The notes beneath the pieces were generated by a model that was not told the origin of the DNA, searched no databases, and saw only the letters and a program-made list of their open reading frames with translations. A stretch of 64,000 nucleotides of DNA, taken from assembly GCA_001567275.1 (NCBI GenBank), contig LNBX01000040.1:7169-71168 (forward strand), given 5' to 3'. This document shows, piece by piece, positions 1 through 8,985 of this stretch. The DNA is from Bacteroidetes bacterium OLB10 (GTDB taxonomy: Bacteria > Bacteroidota > Bacteroidia > AKYH767-A > OLB10). The stretch's first letter is position 1; the number at the start of each line of letters is the position of its first letter. A program made the position numbers and the translations under genes.

Positions 1-948
1 GTATATTGCAACCTGAAAGGTACAGAACAAAACTCAAACGTATTGGAGTTGGTAAGTTTCACTGTTCCTGAAACACCCTGATAAACGCCTGTACTGTCAG
101 TAAATTCAACACACGCTTCACCTGCTGTCAATGGGCCACTACCCGAAGCAGGGCAATGTGCAGGATTGATGGTGTAAACTCCGGGGGAGGGATTTACGCT
201 GTAAAAAGTAGCCCTCAGATTGCTGGCACCCAACCATTCTGTTCCTGTAATAGAATACGTATTGGGATATAAACTTGCAGATCCGAAAGAATATAAAAAA
301 TGATTCTGCCCCAAAGAATTTACAAACGTATTTTTAGATGGATGGCATTGGTTGAAATTGATAACTACGCTATCAGGCTTGCTGTAACAATTATCTTTAT
401 ATGCATAAACAACATAAACACCTTCGTTGCCATAATTGGCAGAAGGAATGACCGGATTCTGCAAATTGGATGTAAAACCTGATGGGCCATACCAGATGTA
501 TTGTACACTGTCTGATAAGCTGGCAGAAAAAAGCTGAATAGTGCCTCCAACAGATAAAGGACTGTTGTAATTAGCCATCACATCTTCCGGTCTTTCACAC
601 AAAACAGTAACATAAAATGAATCAACATTGCTCTTACAAAGACCAAGCACATCAGCGCTTGCATAGTAATAACCTTCGTTAAGTGATGAAGACTGATATA
701 TAACCGGATTATAGGCGGTAGCAACAAAACCATTTGGTCCTGTCCATGAATAAGTAGCTCCTGTAAAAAGTGTTGCCATCAGACTGATGGTATCACCTGC
801 TTCAACAGTAGTATCTCCTGATATGTGAAGTGCCATATCCGGACAGGGTGGATTATCTGAACTCTTATCGTGGTTGCAAGAAGCAAACAACAATATCAGC
901 ATTCCTGAGATTAAAATTAAGTTTTTAAGAAGTTTTTTCAGAAACATG
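1..948 (-). CDS. Partial (N-terminal ~316 aa) repeat-containing lipoprotein; the gene continues past the window start
   Basis: Minus-strand reading frame open to position 1 with ATG at 946-948. N-terminus MFLKKLLKNLILISGMLILLFASC fits a lipoprotein signal with lipobox Cys. Two tandem ~75-aa Ig-like repeats share Y-x-W-x-GP-x-GF...NP-I...EG-Y. Not in the ORF track because it lacks a stop inside the window. Confidence 0.55.
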
Positions 949-1010
949 TTGCGAAACTACATCAAAGCAATGTAAGTTTAAAATTTACTTTTGTGTTCAT
1001 AAAATTGAAT

Positions 1011-1619
1011 ATGGAAATTCTTACTGCTGAATTCATTCAAAGTAATTCTGACTACAGAAAATGTCCTGCCGAGGATAAACCGGAATATGCTTTTATTGGC
1101 AGAAGCAATGTCGGCAAATCATCACTCATCAACATGCTTTGCGGAAAAAAAGGATTAGCCAAAACTTCAGCAACACCGGGTAAAACACAACTGATAAATC
1201 ATTTTATGATTAACGGGAAATGGTATCTGGTGGATCTGCCCGGATACGGTTATGCAAAAACAGCCCGTACCGAACGTGAAAAATGGGATACCATGATCAG
1301 GAACTATATGATGTACCGCAAAAATCTGATGTCGGTATTTGTGCTGATTGATATACGTATTGCTCCTCAGGAAAAAGACCTTGATTTTATCAACTGGATG
1401 GGCGAACAATCCATACCATTTGCTATTATTTTTACCAAAGCCGATAAGCAGACAAGAATTAAAAATGATTTTTCGGTAAAAAGATTTACAAATCAATTAT
1501 TGAGAACATGGGAAAATATTCCGCCTTCTTTTATCTCTTCGTCCGAAACAAAAAAGGGAAAAGAAGAGGTGTTAAACTATATTGAAGAGTCAAACAAATT
1601 ATTCAGGAACGTAAGGTAA
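1011..1619 (+). CDS. engB: Ribosome biogenesis GTP-binding protein EngB/YihA/YsxC
   Basis: G1 motif GRSNVGKSSLIN and G3 motif DLPGYGY, ~200 aa, typical EngB. ATG at 1011 preferred over the GTG at 993. Confidence 0.9.
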   Translation: MEILTAEFIQSNSDYRKCPAEDKPEYAFIGRSNVGKSSLINMLCGKKGLAKTSATPGKTQLINHFMINGKWYLVDLPGYGYAKTARTEREKWDTMIRNYMMYRKNLMSVFVLIDIRIAPQEKDLDFINWMGEQSIPFAIIFTKADKQTRIKNDFSVKRFTNQLLRTWENIPPSFISSSETKKGKEEVLNYIEESNKLFRNVR

Positions 1620-1638
1620 CAGCCAAACATTTAATAAA

Positions 1639-4059
1639 ATGAAAAAAGTAATATTCTTATTCGCTGTTCTGACAGGAGTATTCAACAATGGATATAGTCA
1701 GATTATTACCATAAAAAACAAATTGACATACCAGCCGGTGCAGGGTGCGGTGCTGATTAATCATAACCCATGGGCTGATGTGTCATCCAATAAAGACGGA
1801 CAGGCTGATATCACTGTTTTTAAAGGTGCTGCACAGATAGAAATACGCTCAATGGGTTTTAAAAGCATCACTGTTGGATATAATGAAATTCTTTCCGGAG
1901 GGAATACTCTCTTTCTGGAACCTGTGGTATTTGAATTAAAAGGAACAGTTGTTTCAGCAACAAGATGGAAACAATCATCAGACAATGTACCTTCAAGGAT
2001 TGCATCCATACAGCCTGAAGACATCATATTTCAGAATCCGCAAACAGCTGCTGATATGTTGGGCAATACAGGAGAAGTTTATATTCAGAAAAGTCAGCAG
2101 GCAGGCGGTAGTCCTATGATGCGCGGCTTTGCAACCAATCGTCTTTTATACACAGTAGATGGTATAAGAATGAATACTGCCATTTATCGCTCAGGCAATG
2201 TACAGTATGTAATCCTACTGGATCCGTTTGTGATGGAAAGTGCCGAAGTAGCTTTCGGGCCGGGTTCCGTTATTTATGGCAGTGATGCTGTTGGAGGTGT
2301 GATGAGTTTTCAAACGCTGACACCTGAATTTTCTTATCAGAAAGATCCGATAATAAAAGGGAATGCCGTTGCACGTTATTCATCCGTCAACAATGAGAAA
2401 ACAGCACATTTTGATGTGAATGTTGGGTGGAAAAAATGGGCGATAGTAACCTCCATATCGCACTTTAATTTTGGTGACTTGCGTATGGGAAGTCATGGAC
2501 CTGATGATTACCTGAAAAAGTATTATGTAACTACTATTGATACCGTAAATATGGCTGTCACCAATCCTGATCCACAGGTGCAGGTTCCTACAGGATATTC
2601 GCAAATTAATTTATTGCAAAAAATAAAATTCAAACTCAATGAAAAATGGAATTTTCAGTATGGCTTATATTATTCCGAAACTTCCGATTATCCGAGATAT
2701 GATAAACTTATTGAGCTAAAAAATGGTGCACCCAAAGCTGCAGTTTGGGAATATGGCCCCGCGAAATGGATGATGAACAATGTTATTGCTACTTATATTA
2801 ACCAACATAAGTTATTTGATGAAATGAAAATCAGGCTTGCATTGCAAAACAATGAGGAAAGCAGAATAGACAGAGATTTCAGCGGAAGTAAAAGATATCG
2901 TCTGAGAAATCAGAAAGAGAATGTCAGGGCATGGTCAGGCAATATTGATTTTATCAAATCCATAAATAAGCACCATGTTTTTTATGGTATCGAATATGTA
3001 TATGATGATGTAAAATCCATAGGAACAGCTCATGACATCAGAAATGGTGATCCCATTCCGGTGGATGACCGCTATGCTCAGGCAAAATGGTCTTCGTATG
3101 CCGCATATATCAATTATCAGTATCAGTTGAGTAAACCTTTAACACTGCAGGCAGGAGCAAGATATAATCAATATGATGTTGTACTGGATTACAGCCGCTT
3201 TGCTTTAAATTCTTTTCTTAATCTGAATACCGTTACTGTTACTCATGGTGCTCTTGTTGGAAATCTGGGAATGATTTTCAAACCACAGGAATCCTGGATC
3301 TTGTCGTTGAATGCTTCAACAGCATTCAGGGCTCCTAATGTGGACGACCTGGGGAAAACCGTAGAGGTGAAAGACGGAAGAATTTTAATTCCTAATCCTG
3401 ATTTGCAAGCAGAATATGCCTATAACGGTGAAGTAAATATTTCAAAATATTTTGGTGATATTTTTAAATTTAATGTCACAGGATTTTATACCTATCTGGA
3501 TAAAGCATTAGTGAGGAGACCTTTTAAAGTAAACGGGCAAGACAGCATATTTTATGATGGCGAAATGGTGATGGTGGATGCTATACAAAATGCAGCCTAT
3601 GCTACTGCTTACGGTTTTCAGTTGGGGTTTGACTTACAAATTGCCAATGGACTTATGCTTACGCAACATTTAAATTATCAAACCGGTGTTGAAGAAACGG
3701 ATGACGGCCAGACTTCGCGCACACGCCACGCACCACCCACATTTGGAGTTACAAGAATTACGTTTAGCTATCAAAAGCTGATGATGCAACTTTACAGCAC
3801 ATATAATGCTAAGTTAAAATACAGCGATATGAGTGCCGAAGAAATTGAAAAAGGCTGGATGTATGCTAAAGATGCTGACGGCAATCCTTATTCACCTGCA
3901 TGGGCAACATTAAACTTCAAAGTAAAATATTCGGTTTTTGCCAACATGGAACTTACAGCCGGACTGGAAAACATAACGGACGTTCGTTACAAACCTTATG
4001 CTTCAGGGTTGGTAGCTCCAGGACGTAATTTTTTCATGGCTGTAAAAGCAAGTTTTTAA
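1639..4059 (+). CDS. TonB-dependent outer membrane receptor (N-terminal carboxypeptidase-regulatory-like domain + plug + beta-barrel)
   Basis: Signal peptide. Plug-domain motif GGSPMMRGFATNRLLYTVDGIRMN. 806 aa with C-terminal aromatic residue (…KASF). Confidence 0.85.
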   Translation: MKKVIFLFAVLTGVFNNGYSQIITIKNKLTYQPVQGAVLINHNPWADVSSNKDGQADITVFKGAAQIEIRSMGFKSITVGYNEILSGGNTLFLEPVVFELKGTVVSATRWKQSSDNVPSRIASIQPEDIIFQNPQTAADMLGNTGEVYIQKSQQAGGSPMMRGFATNRLLYTVDGIRMNTAIYRSGNVQYVILLDPFVMESAEVAFGPGSVIYGSDAVGGVMSFQTLTPEFSYQKDPIIKGNAVARYSSVNNEKTAHFDVNVGWKKWAIVTSISHFNFGDLRMGSHGPDDYLKKYYVTTIDTVNMAVTNPDPQVQVPTGYSQINLLQKIKFKLNEKWNFQYGLYYSETSDYPRYDKLIELKNGAPKAAVWEYGPAKWMMNNVIATYINQHKLFDEMKIRLALQNNEESRIDRDFSGSKRYRLRNQKENVRAWSGNIDFIKSINKHHVFYGIEYVYDDVKSIGTAHDIRNGDPIPVDDRYAQAKWSSYAAYINYQYQLSKPLTLQAGARYNQYDVVLDYSRFALNSFLNLNTVTVTHGALVGNLGMIFKPQESWILSLNASTAFRAPNVDDLGKTVEVKDGRILIPNPDLQAEYAYNGEVNISKYFGDIFKFNVTGFYTYLDKALVRRPFKVNGQDSIFYDGEMVMVDAIQNAAYATAYGFQLGFDLQIANGLMLTQHLNYQTGVEETDDGQTSRTRHAPPTFGVTRITFSYQKLMMQLYSTYNAKLKYSDMSAEEIEKGWMYAKDADGNPYSPAWATLNFKVKYSVFANMELTAGLENITDVRYKPYASGLVAPGRNFFMAVKASF

Positions 4060-4087
4060 TACAGAAGAAAAATAAGGTTGTCTGAAT

Positions 4088-4417
4088 TTATTTTATCAGA
4101 TTTACCTCTTTACCGAATTCGCGTGCAAACGATTTCATTTTGTCTGCATGTTCTTTATTGTTGGTTGCATTCATATAGGTGTCGGCCATACTCATATACA
4201 TTTCAAAAAAGAACTGTTGCATTTCCTCCACCAGCATTTCTTTTGTCCATAAATCAATACGCATGGTGGTTTGGTCTTTTTTGTCAAACAAAGCAAGCAT
4301 CACGGCTTTACATTCTTTTTCACCTTCCATTCCGCTGTCATCTGCTCTCCAGTGCAACTGCTCGGGAAGATTATTGTCATCTAATGATACAATGAATTTT
4401 ATTTCTGATTTTTTCAT
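4088..4417 (-). CDS. gldC: Gliding motility protein GldC-like
   Basis: 109-aa cytoplasmic protein. Sequence (…RIDLWTKEM…EMQQFFFEMYMSMADTY…) matches my recollection of the GldC family. gldB lies nearby. Confidence 0.5.
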   Translation of the reverse strand: MKKSEIKFIVSLDDNNLPEQLHWRADDSGMEGEKECKAVMLALFDKKDQTTMRIDLWTKEMLVEEMQQFFFEMYMSMADTYMNATNNKEHADKMKSFAREFGKEVNLIK

Positions 4418-4676
4418 TTTTCAAGTATGGAATCACTGAAGCCTTTTTCCTGTGGTCTCCATTAATGGAGTACTGCACAATAGGCTTCAATATTAAGCCG
4501 CAAAGATATTTTTTATTCCTGATAGTAGGAGAAAATGCGCCATTCTGTTTCCTAAAGTTCAAAATAGTAAGGCAATGTTTTTTTGAAAACAGGGATGTAA
4601 GTGAGTTAAGAATATTTTTTCAGGGAAAGTATTGCAGTAATATTTTTTTTGTACTTTAGGGTATTCATTTTTTCAA

Positions 4677-6029
4677 ATGGACTTAAACTTCCTAACGAAA
4701 GAAAGCCAGTATTATGGCGTGTACCTGTTTGTAGCCATTGTATTGTTTCAAATGGTATTTATATTTATACAATGGCTGATTTACAAGCGGGTAGATTATC
4801 TGTTCTACATTGGATATATGATTTCCATTGTGCTGTATGCTTTTAGTTTGTATAAACACTTGTTTATTCAAGAATTTCCTGAAGGATATAGCGCTGCCAT
4901 AGAAACTTTCTTAAAACAATCTTTGCCTTTGATTTCCATTACATTATACTCCGGTTTCCAACGTCATTTTCTCGAGCTAAAAACAAGTTCTCCCTTGCTT
5001 AACACCCGTGTTAAGTGGATTGAAAGATTTCTGATTGCATTCTGTTGTTTTCTGCCGGTGTTACTATTTTTTGAGGTAGAAAGAATTTATATGCTGCAGA
5101 TTTTTATTGTAGTTTGTTGCATAGTAATTGCAGCTTTGGTGCTAATCATACGAAGAGTTTTAAAAGCTTGTCTGCCGTTTCAGCGGTTTGCTATTGCCGG
5201 TGCATTATTTATAATTGTAGGTTCAATTCCTACCATTATACTGGGTTTTTATGAAGACAGAGGTTATGAAGTAGCCGTTAACCCTCACCTTCCGCTGATG
5301 ATTTGCGTTATTCTTGAATTGCTCACATTTACTACAGGACTAACTTTAAAATCGTACTATATCGAGAAAGAAAAAAGAGTACTCGAGAAAGCTATAGCAA
5401 TTCAGAATAACAATCAAAAACAAACGGAAATAGAGTATTTGAAAATGCGCAACAATGTTTCACGTAAGTTACATGACAGTTTAGGGGCTGAACTTTCTAT
5501 TGCAAAAATGATGCTTAGCACATTGCCAAAAGAAAAAGCTGAGACGAATAAAAAGACGCTTTCTGATTCTATAAAATTGATAGGTAATTCTATTGAAAAG
5601 GTGTATGACCTGATGAGTGATGTAAATAAAATTACACCTGAAGAGATTAATGTCATCTCATCAATTCAAACATTAATACAGAACCTTGAACCATTAAATA
5701 ATATTAAATGGAATTTTGATTATAAATTGGAAGAGGAATGTTTGTCTTTTGTTAAGCGCCAGCACGTACTTCTTATTATTAAAGAACTGATTAATAACAC
5801 TCTCAAATATGCCTCAGCTACAACTATCAGCATTAGCATAAGACATGAATTTAAGACCGTTAACATTTTTTATCATGACAATGGCTCTGGTACCGACCTT
5901 GATAAATTGTCGAAAGGGAATGGTTTAAAAAATATTAAAGAAAGAGTAACTGAAATGGATGGACAAATGCATGTTTACTCAACTCCCAATGATGGGTTCA
6001 CTGTTCAGATAAATATTTCAGAAACATGA
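4677..6029 (+). CDS. Sensor histidine kinase (7TM receptor-type N-terminus + HisKA_3 + HATPase_c), NarL-class partner
   Basis: About seven predicted TM helices. H-box NVSRKLHDSLGAELS typical of HisKA_3. G-boxes HDNGSGTD and GNGLKNIKERV. Confidence 0.8.
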   Translation: MDLNFLTKESQYYGVYLFVAIVLFQMVFIFIQWLIYKRVDYLFYIGYMISIVLYAFSLYKHLFIQEFPEGYSAAIETFLKQSLPLISITLYSGFQRHFLELKTSSPLLNTRVKWIERFLIAFCCFLPVLLFFEVERIYMLQIFIVVCCIVIAALVLIIRRVLKACLPFQRFAIAGALFIIVGSIPTIILGFYEDRGYEVAVNPHLPLMICVILELLTFTTGLTLKSYYIEKEKRVLEKAIAIQNNNQKQTEIEYLKMRNNVSRKLHDSLGAELSIAKMMLSTLPKEKAETNKKTLSDSIKLIGNSIEKVYDLMSDVNKITPEEINVISSIQTLIQNLEPLNNIKWNFDYKLEEECLSFVKRQHVLLIIKELINNTLKYASATTISISIRHEFKTVNIFYHDNGSGTDLDKLSKGNGLKNIKERVTEMDGQMHVYSTPNDGFTVQINISET

Positions 6030-6053
6030 TTTATCCCAACTAAAATTACACCT

Positions 6054-6681
6054 ATGAAAAAATTGAAAACAGTAATTGCAGATGATCATGCCATGTTTGG
6101 TATGGGTATGGCTGAAATAATTGGGCAGGTTTTACCCGTAGAAGTGGTTGCAATAGCAGACAATGGTAAAAAAGCAATTGAACAAACACTTAGCCATAAA
6201 GCTGAACTGGTGATTATGGATATTGATATGCCTGTTGTTTCAGGAATATATGCTTGTAATGAAATTAAAAGGGTTTCACCCGACACATTGGTGTTTTTTG
6301 TAACTATGATTACACAAATAGAAACCGTGCTGTCAGCACTGAAAGCAGGAGCAGATGCCTATGTGTTAAAGGGAAACAGCCTGGAAGATTTGGCTGAAGC
6401 ATTTGATTATTCAGTGAAGAAAAAAACGTCCTTTCGTAAGTCAGCAATTGCGTCATCTGGTGAGTATAGATAAAAAAGACTTTCAGGATAAACTGATTAC
6501 AGACAGAGAAAAAAATATTCTGAAAATGATTTGTGAAGGAATGACTAATGACGAAATTGCAAACGTGATTAATATTTCAGTTCGCACAGTGGATACACAC
6601 CGCCAAAATATGCTCAACAAGTTAAAGCTACCCAACACTGCAGCACTCGTAAGGTTTGCAATTGAGAATAAGCTGATTTAA
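6054..6681 (+). pseudogene. NarL/FixJ-family response regulator (REC + LuxR HTH) interrupted by a frameshift in an A7 run (~6421-6427)
   Basis: ORF 6054..6473 encodes a receiver domain (DDH…VIMDIDMP…K). ORF 6448..6681 in the +1 frame encodes the LuxR-type HTH (LTDREKNILKMICEGMTNDEIANVINISVRTVDTHRQNM). Reading back in the HTH frame hits a stop at 6415, so the join must lie in 6418-6450, where gaagaaaaaaacg sits. Confidence 0.75.
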
Positions 6682-6738
6682 ATGGTGATTGAACCATAGC
6701 CCAAAATTTAATTCTTAATTTTTTTCTGCTAATTAAAG

Positions 6739-6758
6739 TTACGTGTTTTTACGTATTG
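6739..6758 (+). promoter_or_regulatory. 20-mer ttacgtGtttttacgtattg, copy 1 (direct TACGT-N5/6-ACGTA repeat)
   Basis: Seen directly; 18/20 identical to a second copy at 7019-7038. Lies ~50 bp upstream of the orphan LuxR gene. Confidence 0.3.
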
Positions 6759-6810
6759 CAAACCGCTATATCATATTGTTCTTTTGCTTCACGCAATAAG
6801 TCAGAAGGAT

Positions 6811-7005
6811 ATGACACCTATAACCCCACGAGAAAAACAAGTGCTTGTTTTATTAAGCAAAGGCTATACAGACAAAACCATTGCCGAAAAACTGGAGATG
6901 AGCCCCAATACAGCACGTACACACCGGCAAAAGCTACGAGCAAAGTTTCATGTCAGCAACACTGCTCTGCTCATTAAAATGGCAATTAAAAAAGGATTTA
7001 TTTAA
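6811..7005 (+). CDS. Stand-alone LuxR-family HTH protein (~65 aa, no receiver domain)
   Basis: MTPITPREKQVLVLLSKGYTDKTIAEKLEMSPNTARTHRQKLRAKFHV is a canonical LuxR/GerE HTH. ATG at 6811 preferred over the track start at 6784. Confidence 0.7.
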   Translation: MTPITPREKQVLVLLSKGYTDKTIAEKLEMSPNTARTHRQKLRAKFHVSNTALLIKMAIKKGFI

Positions 7006-7018
7006 TAATGGCAGAAAA

Positions 7019-7038
7019 TTACGTCTTTTCACGTATTG
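7019..7038 (+). promoter_or_regulatory. 20-mer ttacgtCttttCacgtattg, copy 2
   Basis: Seen directly, 14 bp after the orphan LuxR stop. Same orientation as copy 1. Confidence 0.3.
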
Positions 7039-7151
7039 ATAAAGAATTAAATATTGAAGTGATTTGCTGTCATTATTAATAATAACAACTGCAAACTACA
7101 TCAGATGAAATACACATTTGTGTTATAAAATATTCTCAAACTAATCCTATT

Positions 7152-7182
7152 GGGCATTGGCAACAGCCAATGCCTTTTTTAT
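7152..7182 (+). terminator. Rho-independent terminator (ggcattggc-aaca-gccaatgcc + T-run)
   Basis: Perfect 9-bp stem, 4-nt loop, followed by ttttttattt. Plus-strand orientation only, downstream of the orphan LuxR gene. Confidence 0.6.
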
Positions 7183-7277
7183 TTAATTCGTTTTTGTGAA
7201 TAATAAAGCAGGCAGGTTACTGAATTAACATTAGCTATTAAACATGATTGTATTTCCCTCGTTTACAAAAATTCCAT

Positions 7278-8321
7278 TCAGGGTTTAAATCCTGATTTTT
7301 CAAGGATTTTTTGTGCATCGTTTTCTTCGAGTAGTTGCGGCAGAGTAGTTTTATTATTTTTCATATACGAACGTACAATTTGCCATCCCAGCCATTGAGC
7401 TGTTTTGGCAGGAGCACCTTCGGGGAAACCCTGAGTGGTATTGCCATCGCCTACATATTTCATATATTCCATTTCATCGGTTGCATAGAGCAGTTTCTTT
7501 TCAATATAAAATGCCCACATCTGCTTGCTGTTGTTGTTGCACCACTCCAATTGTTTTGCAGTATAACCTATTTTAACGGAGTCCTGCATGTCAGGGGCCA
7601 TCATATCTGCAAAATACAATTGCTTGCCATAATAAATCATCTGACTCAGCAACTCTTTTTTTACATGGTCAATATCATGTTCGCTCTGATACCATCCTTT
7701 GATTACATCATTCACTATATATTCTTTTGAAAATCTGCGATAGGCATATTCAGGAATTCCTATGGAGGGATAAAATTCGCAATCGCTGCCCAGATACATA
7801 TCCAACCCAACACCAATCAAACTGTCGGTAGTGATAATACTGTAATTGAAAGCCGAAATAAAAGTGACAATTTCTTTAGCAGGTTGTTTGTTGAAGTAAT
7901 GTTTGTAATGTTTCAGAAAGTCATCAATGCCTGAAAATATTTTTTGAGTTACTACAGGGGTAAATATTTTTTGAGTTCGGTTATGAATGTCCTGCACATC
8001 CTTGTCGTGAATAAACGCATTGAGGTTGGAAGCGAGCTTTGCAGAGTCTGTTGGCGGGAGGTGAATAATACGGTTGACATACAAATCGAAAAACTCAGGA
8101 TAGGACGAACGATATTTTATTATTTGTTCGGGTGTGATGGAGTCAGCATCTGCATACAACAATGAGTCAAAGCGTATGTGTGTGGTGCTTACGGTTTCGT
8201 TTTCAGAAAAAGTGTCCCGATGTGTACATGCTGCAATTACTATGAAAAGAATGGCAAGCAGGCTTACTTTACGATATTCAGATCTCAATTTTATTATTAG
8301 TTTTGCCGATATTAAAAACAC
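7278..8321 (-). CDS. gldB: Gliding motility lipoprotein GldB-like
   Basis: 347 aa. Lipoprotein signal …LLAILFIVIAAC. Overall similarity to the GldB family from memory. Start is uncertain: GTG at 8321 or TTG at ~8288. Confidence 0.5.
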   Translation of the reverse strand: MFLISAKLIIKLRSEYRKVSLLAILFIVIAACTHRDTFSENETVSTTHIRFDSLLYADADSITPEQIIKYRSSYPEFFDLYVNRIIHLPPTDSAKLASNLNAFIHDKDVQDIHNRTQKIFTPVVTQKIFSGIDDFLKHYKHYFNKQPAKEIVTFISAFNYSIITTDSLIGVGLDMYLGSDCEFYPSIGIPEYAYRRFSKEYIVNDVIKGWYQSEHDIDHVKKELLSQMIYYGKQLYFADMMAPDMQDSVKIGYTAKQLEWCNNNSKQMWAFYIEKKLLYATDEMEYMKYVGDGNTTQGFPEGAPAKTAQWLGWQIVRSYMKNNKTTLPQLLEENDAQKILEKSGFKP

Positions 8322-8327
8322 TAAATA

Positions 8328-8918
8328 ATGAGAGCAAAAGTATCACTAATTGCATTAGCCTTTGTGGCAGTAGCCCAAACCCTGAATGCTCAGGACACAA
8401 AATTCAATTTTGGACTGAAAGTTTCGCCAACCATAGCATGGTTTAAAGCCAGTGGCAATTTAGACAATGATGGCAGCAAAATTGGTTTTGCCTATGGATT
8501 GATGGCAGATTTTAATTTTTCAGATAATTATGCCTTATGCACGGGAGTGGATGTAACCTATCGCGGAGGTAAAGTAAAAGCGTACGATACCTACAAATTA
8601 AAAACCGTTTTGCAGTATATTGAAGTTCCAGTTACTTTAAAATTAAAAACTAACGAAATTGGTTATGTCACTTATTTCGGTAAAGTAGGATTTGCACCGG
8701 GTTTCAACATCAGAACGGATGGTGACTTTAATAAGTCAGACATCTATCCTTTCAACTTAGCGCTGGTAGTTGGTTTGGGAATGCAGTATTCACTTGGTGG
8801 CAAAACAGCTTTGTTGGCAGGGGTAACTTTCAACAACGGATTTTTGGATGTGGTAAAAGAGAAGGAGATGAAAGCTACATCTAACTTTATAGCAATTGAT
8901 CTTGGAGTGATGTTTTAA
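8328..8918 (+). CDS. Outer-membrane beta-barrel protein (OMP_b-brl_2/PorT-like small porin)
   Basis: Signal peptide MRAKVSLIALAFVAVAQTLNAQ. Alternating amphipathic beta-strand pattern. C-terminal …GVMF. Confidence 0.55.
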   Translation: MRAKVSLIALAFVAVAQTLNAQDTKFNFGLKVSPTIAWFKASGNLDNDGSKIGFAYGLMADFNFSDNYALCTGVDVTYRGGKVKAYDTYKLKTVLQYIEVPVTLKLKTNEIGYVTYFGKVGFAPGFNIRTDGDFNKSDIYPFNLALVVGLGMQYSLGGKTALLAGVTFNNGFLDVVKEKEMKATSNFIAIDLGVMF

Positions 8919-8935
8919 TAAGAATCATCCAAATA

Positions 8936-8970
8936 AAAAAAGGCTGTCTCGAAAAGAGGCAGCCTTTTTT
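8936..8970. terminator. Bidirectional Rho-independent terminator between convergent genes
   Basis: aaaaaaaggctgtctc-gaaaa-gaggcagcctttttt: GC stem flanked by an A-run and a T-run. Confidence 0.7.
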
Positions 8971-8985
8971 GTGCTGTAAACTCAA

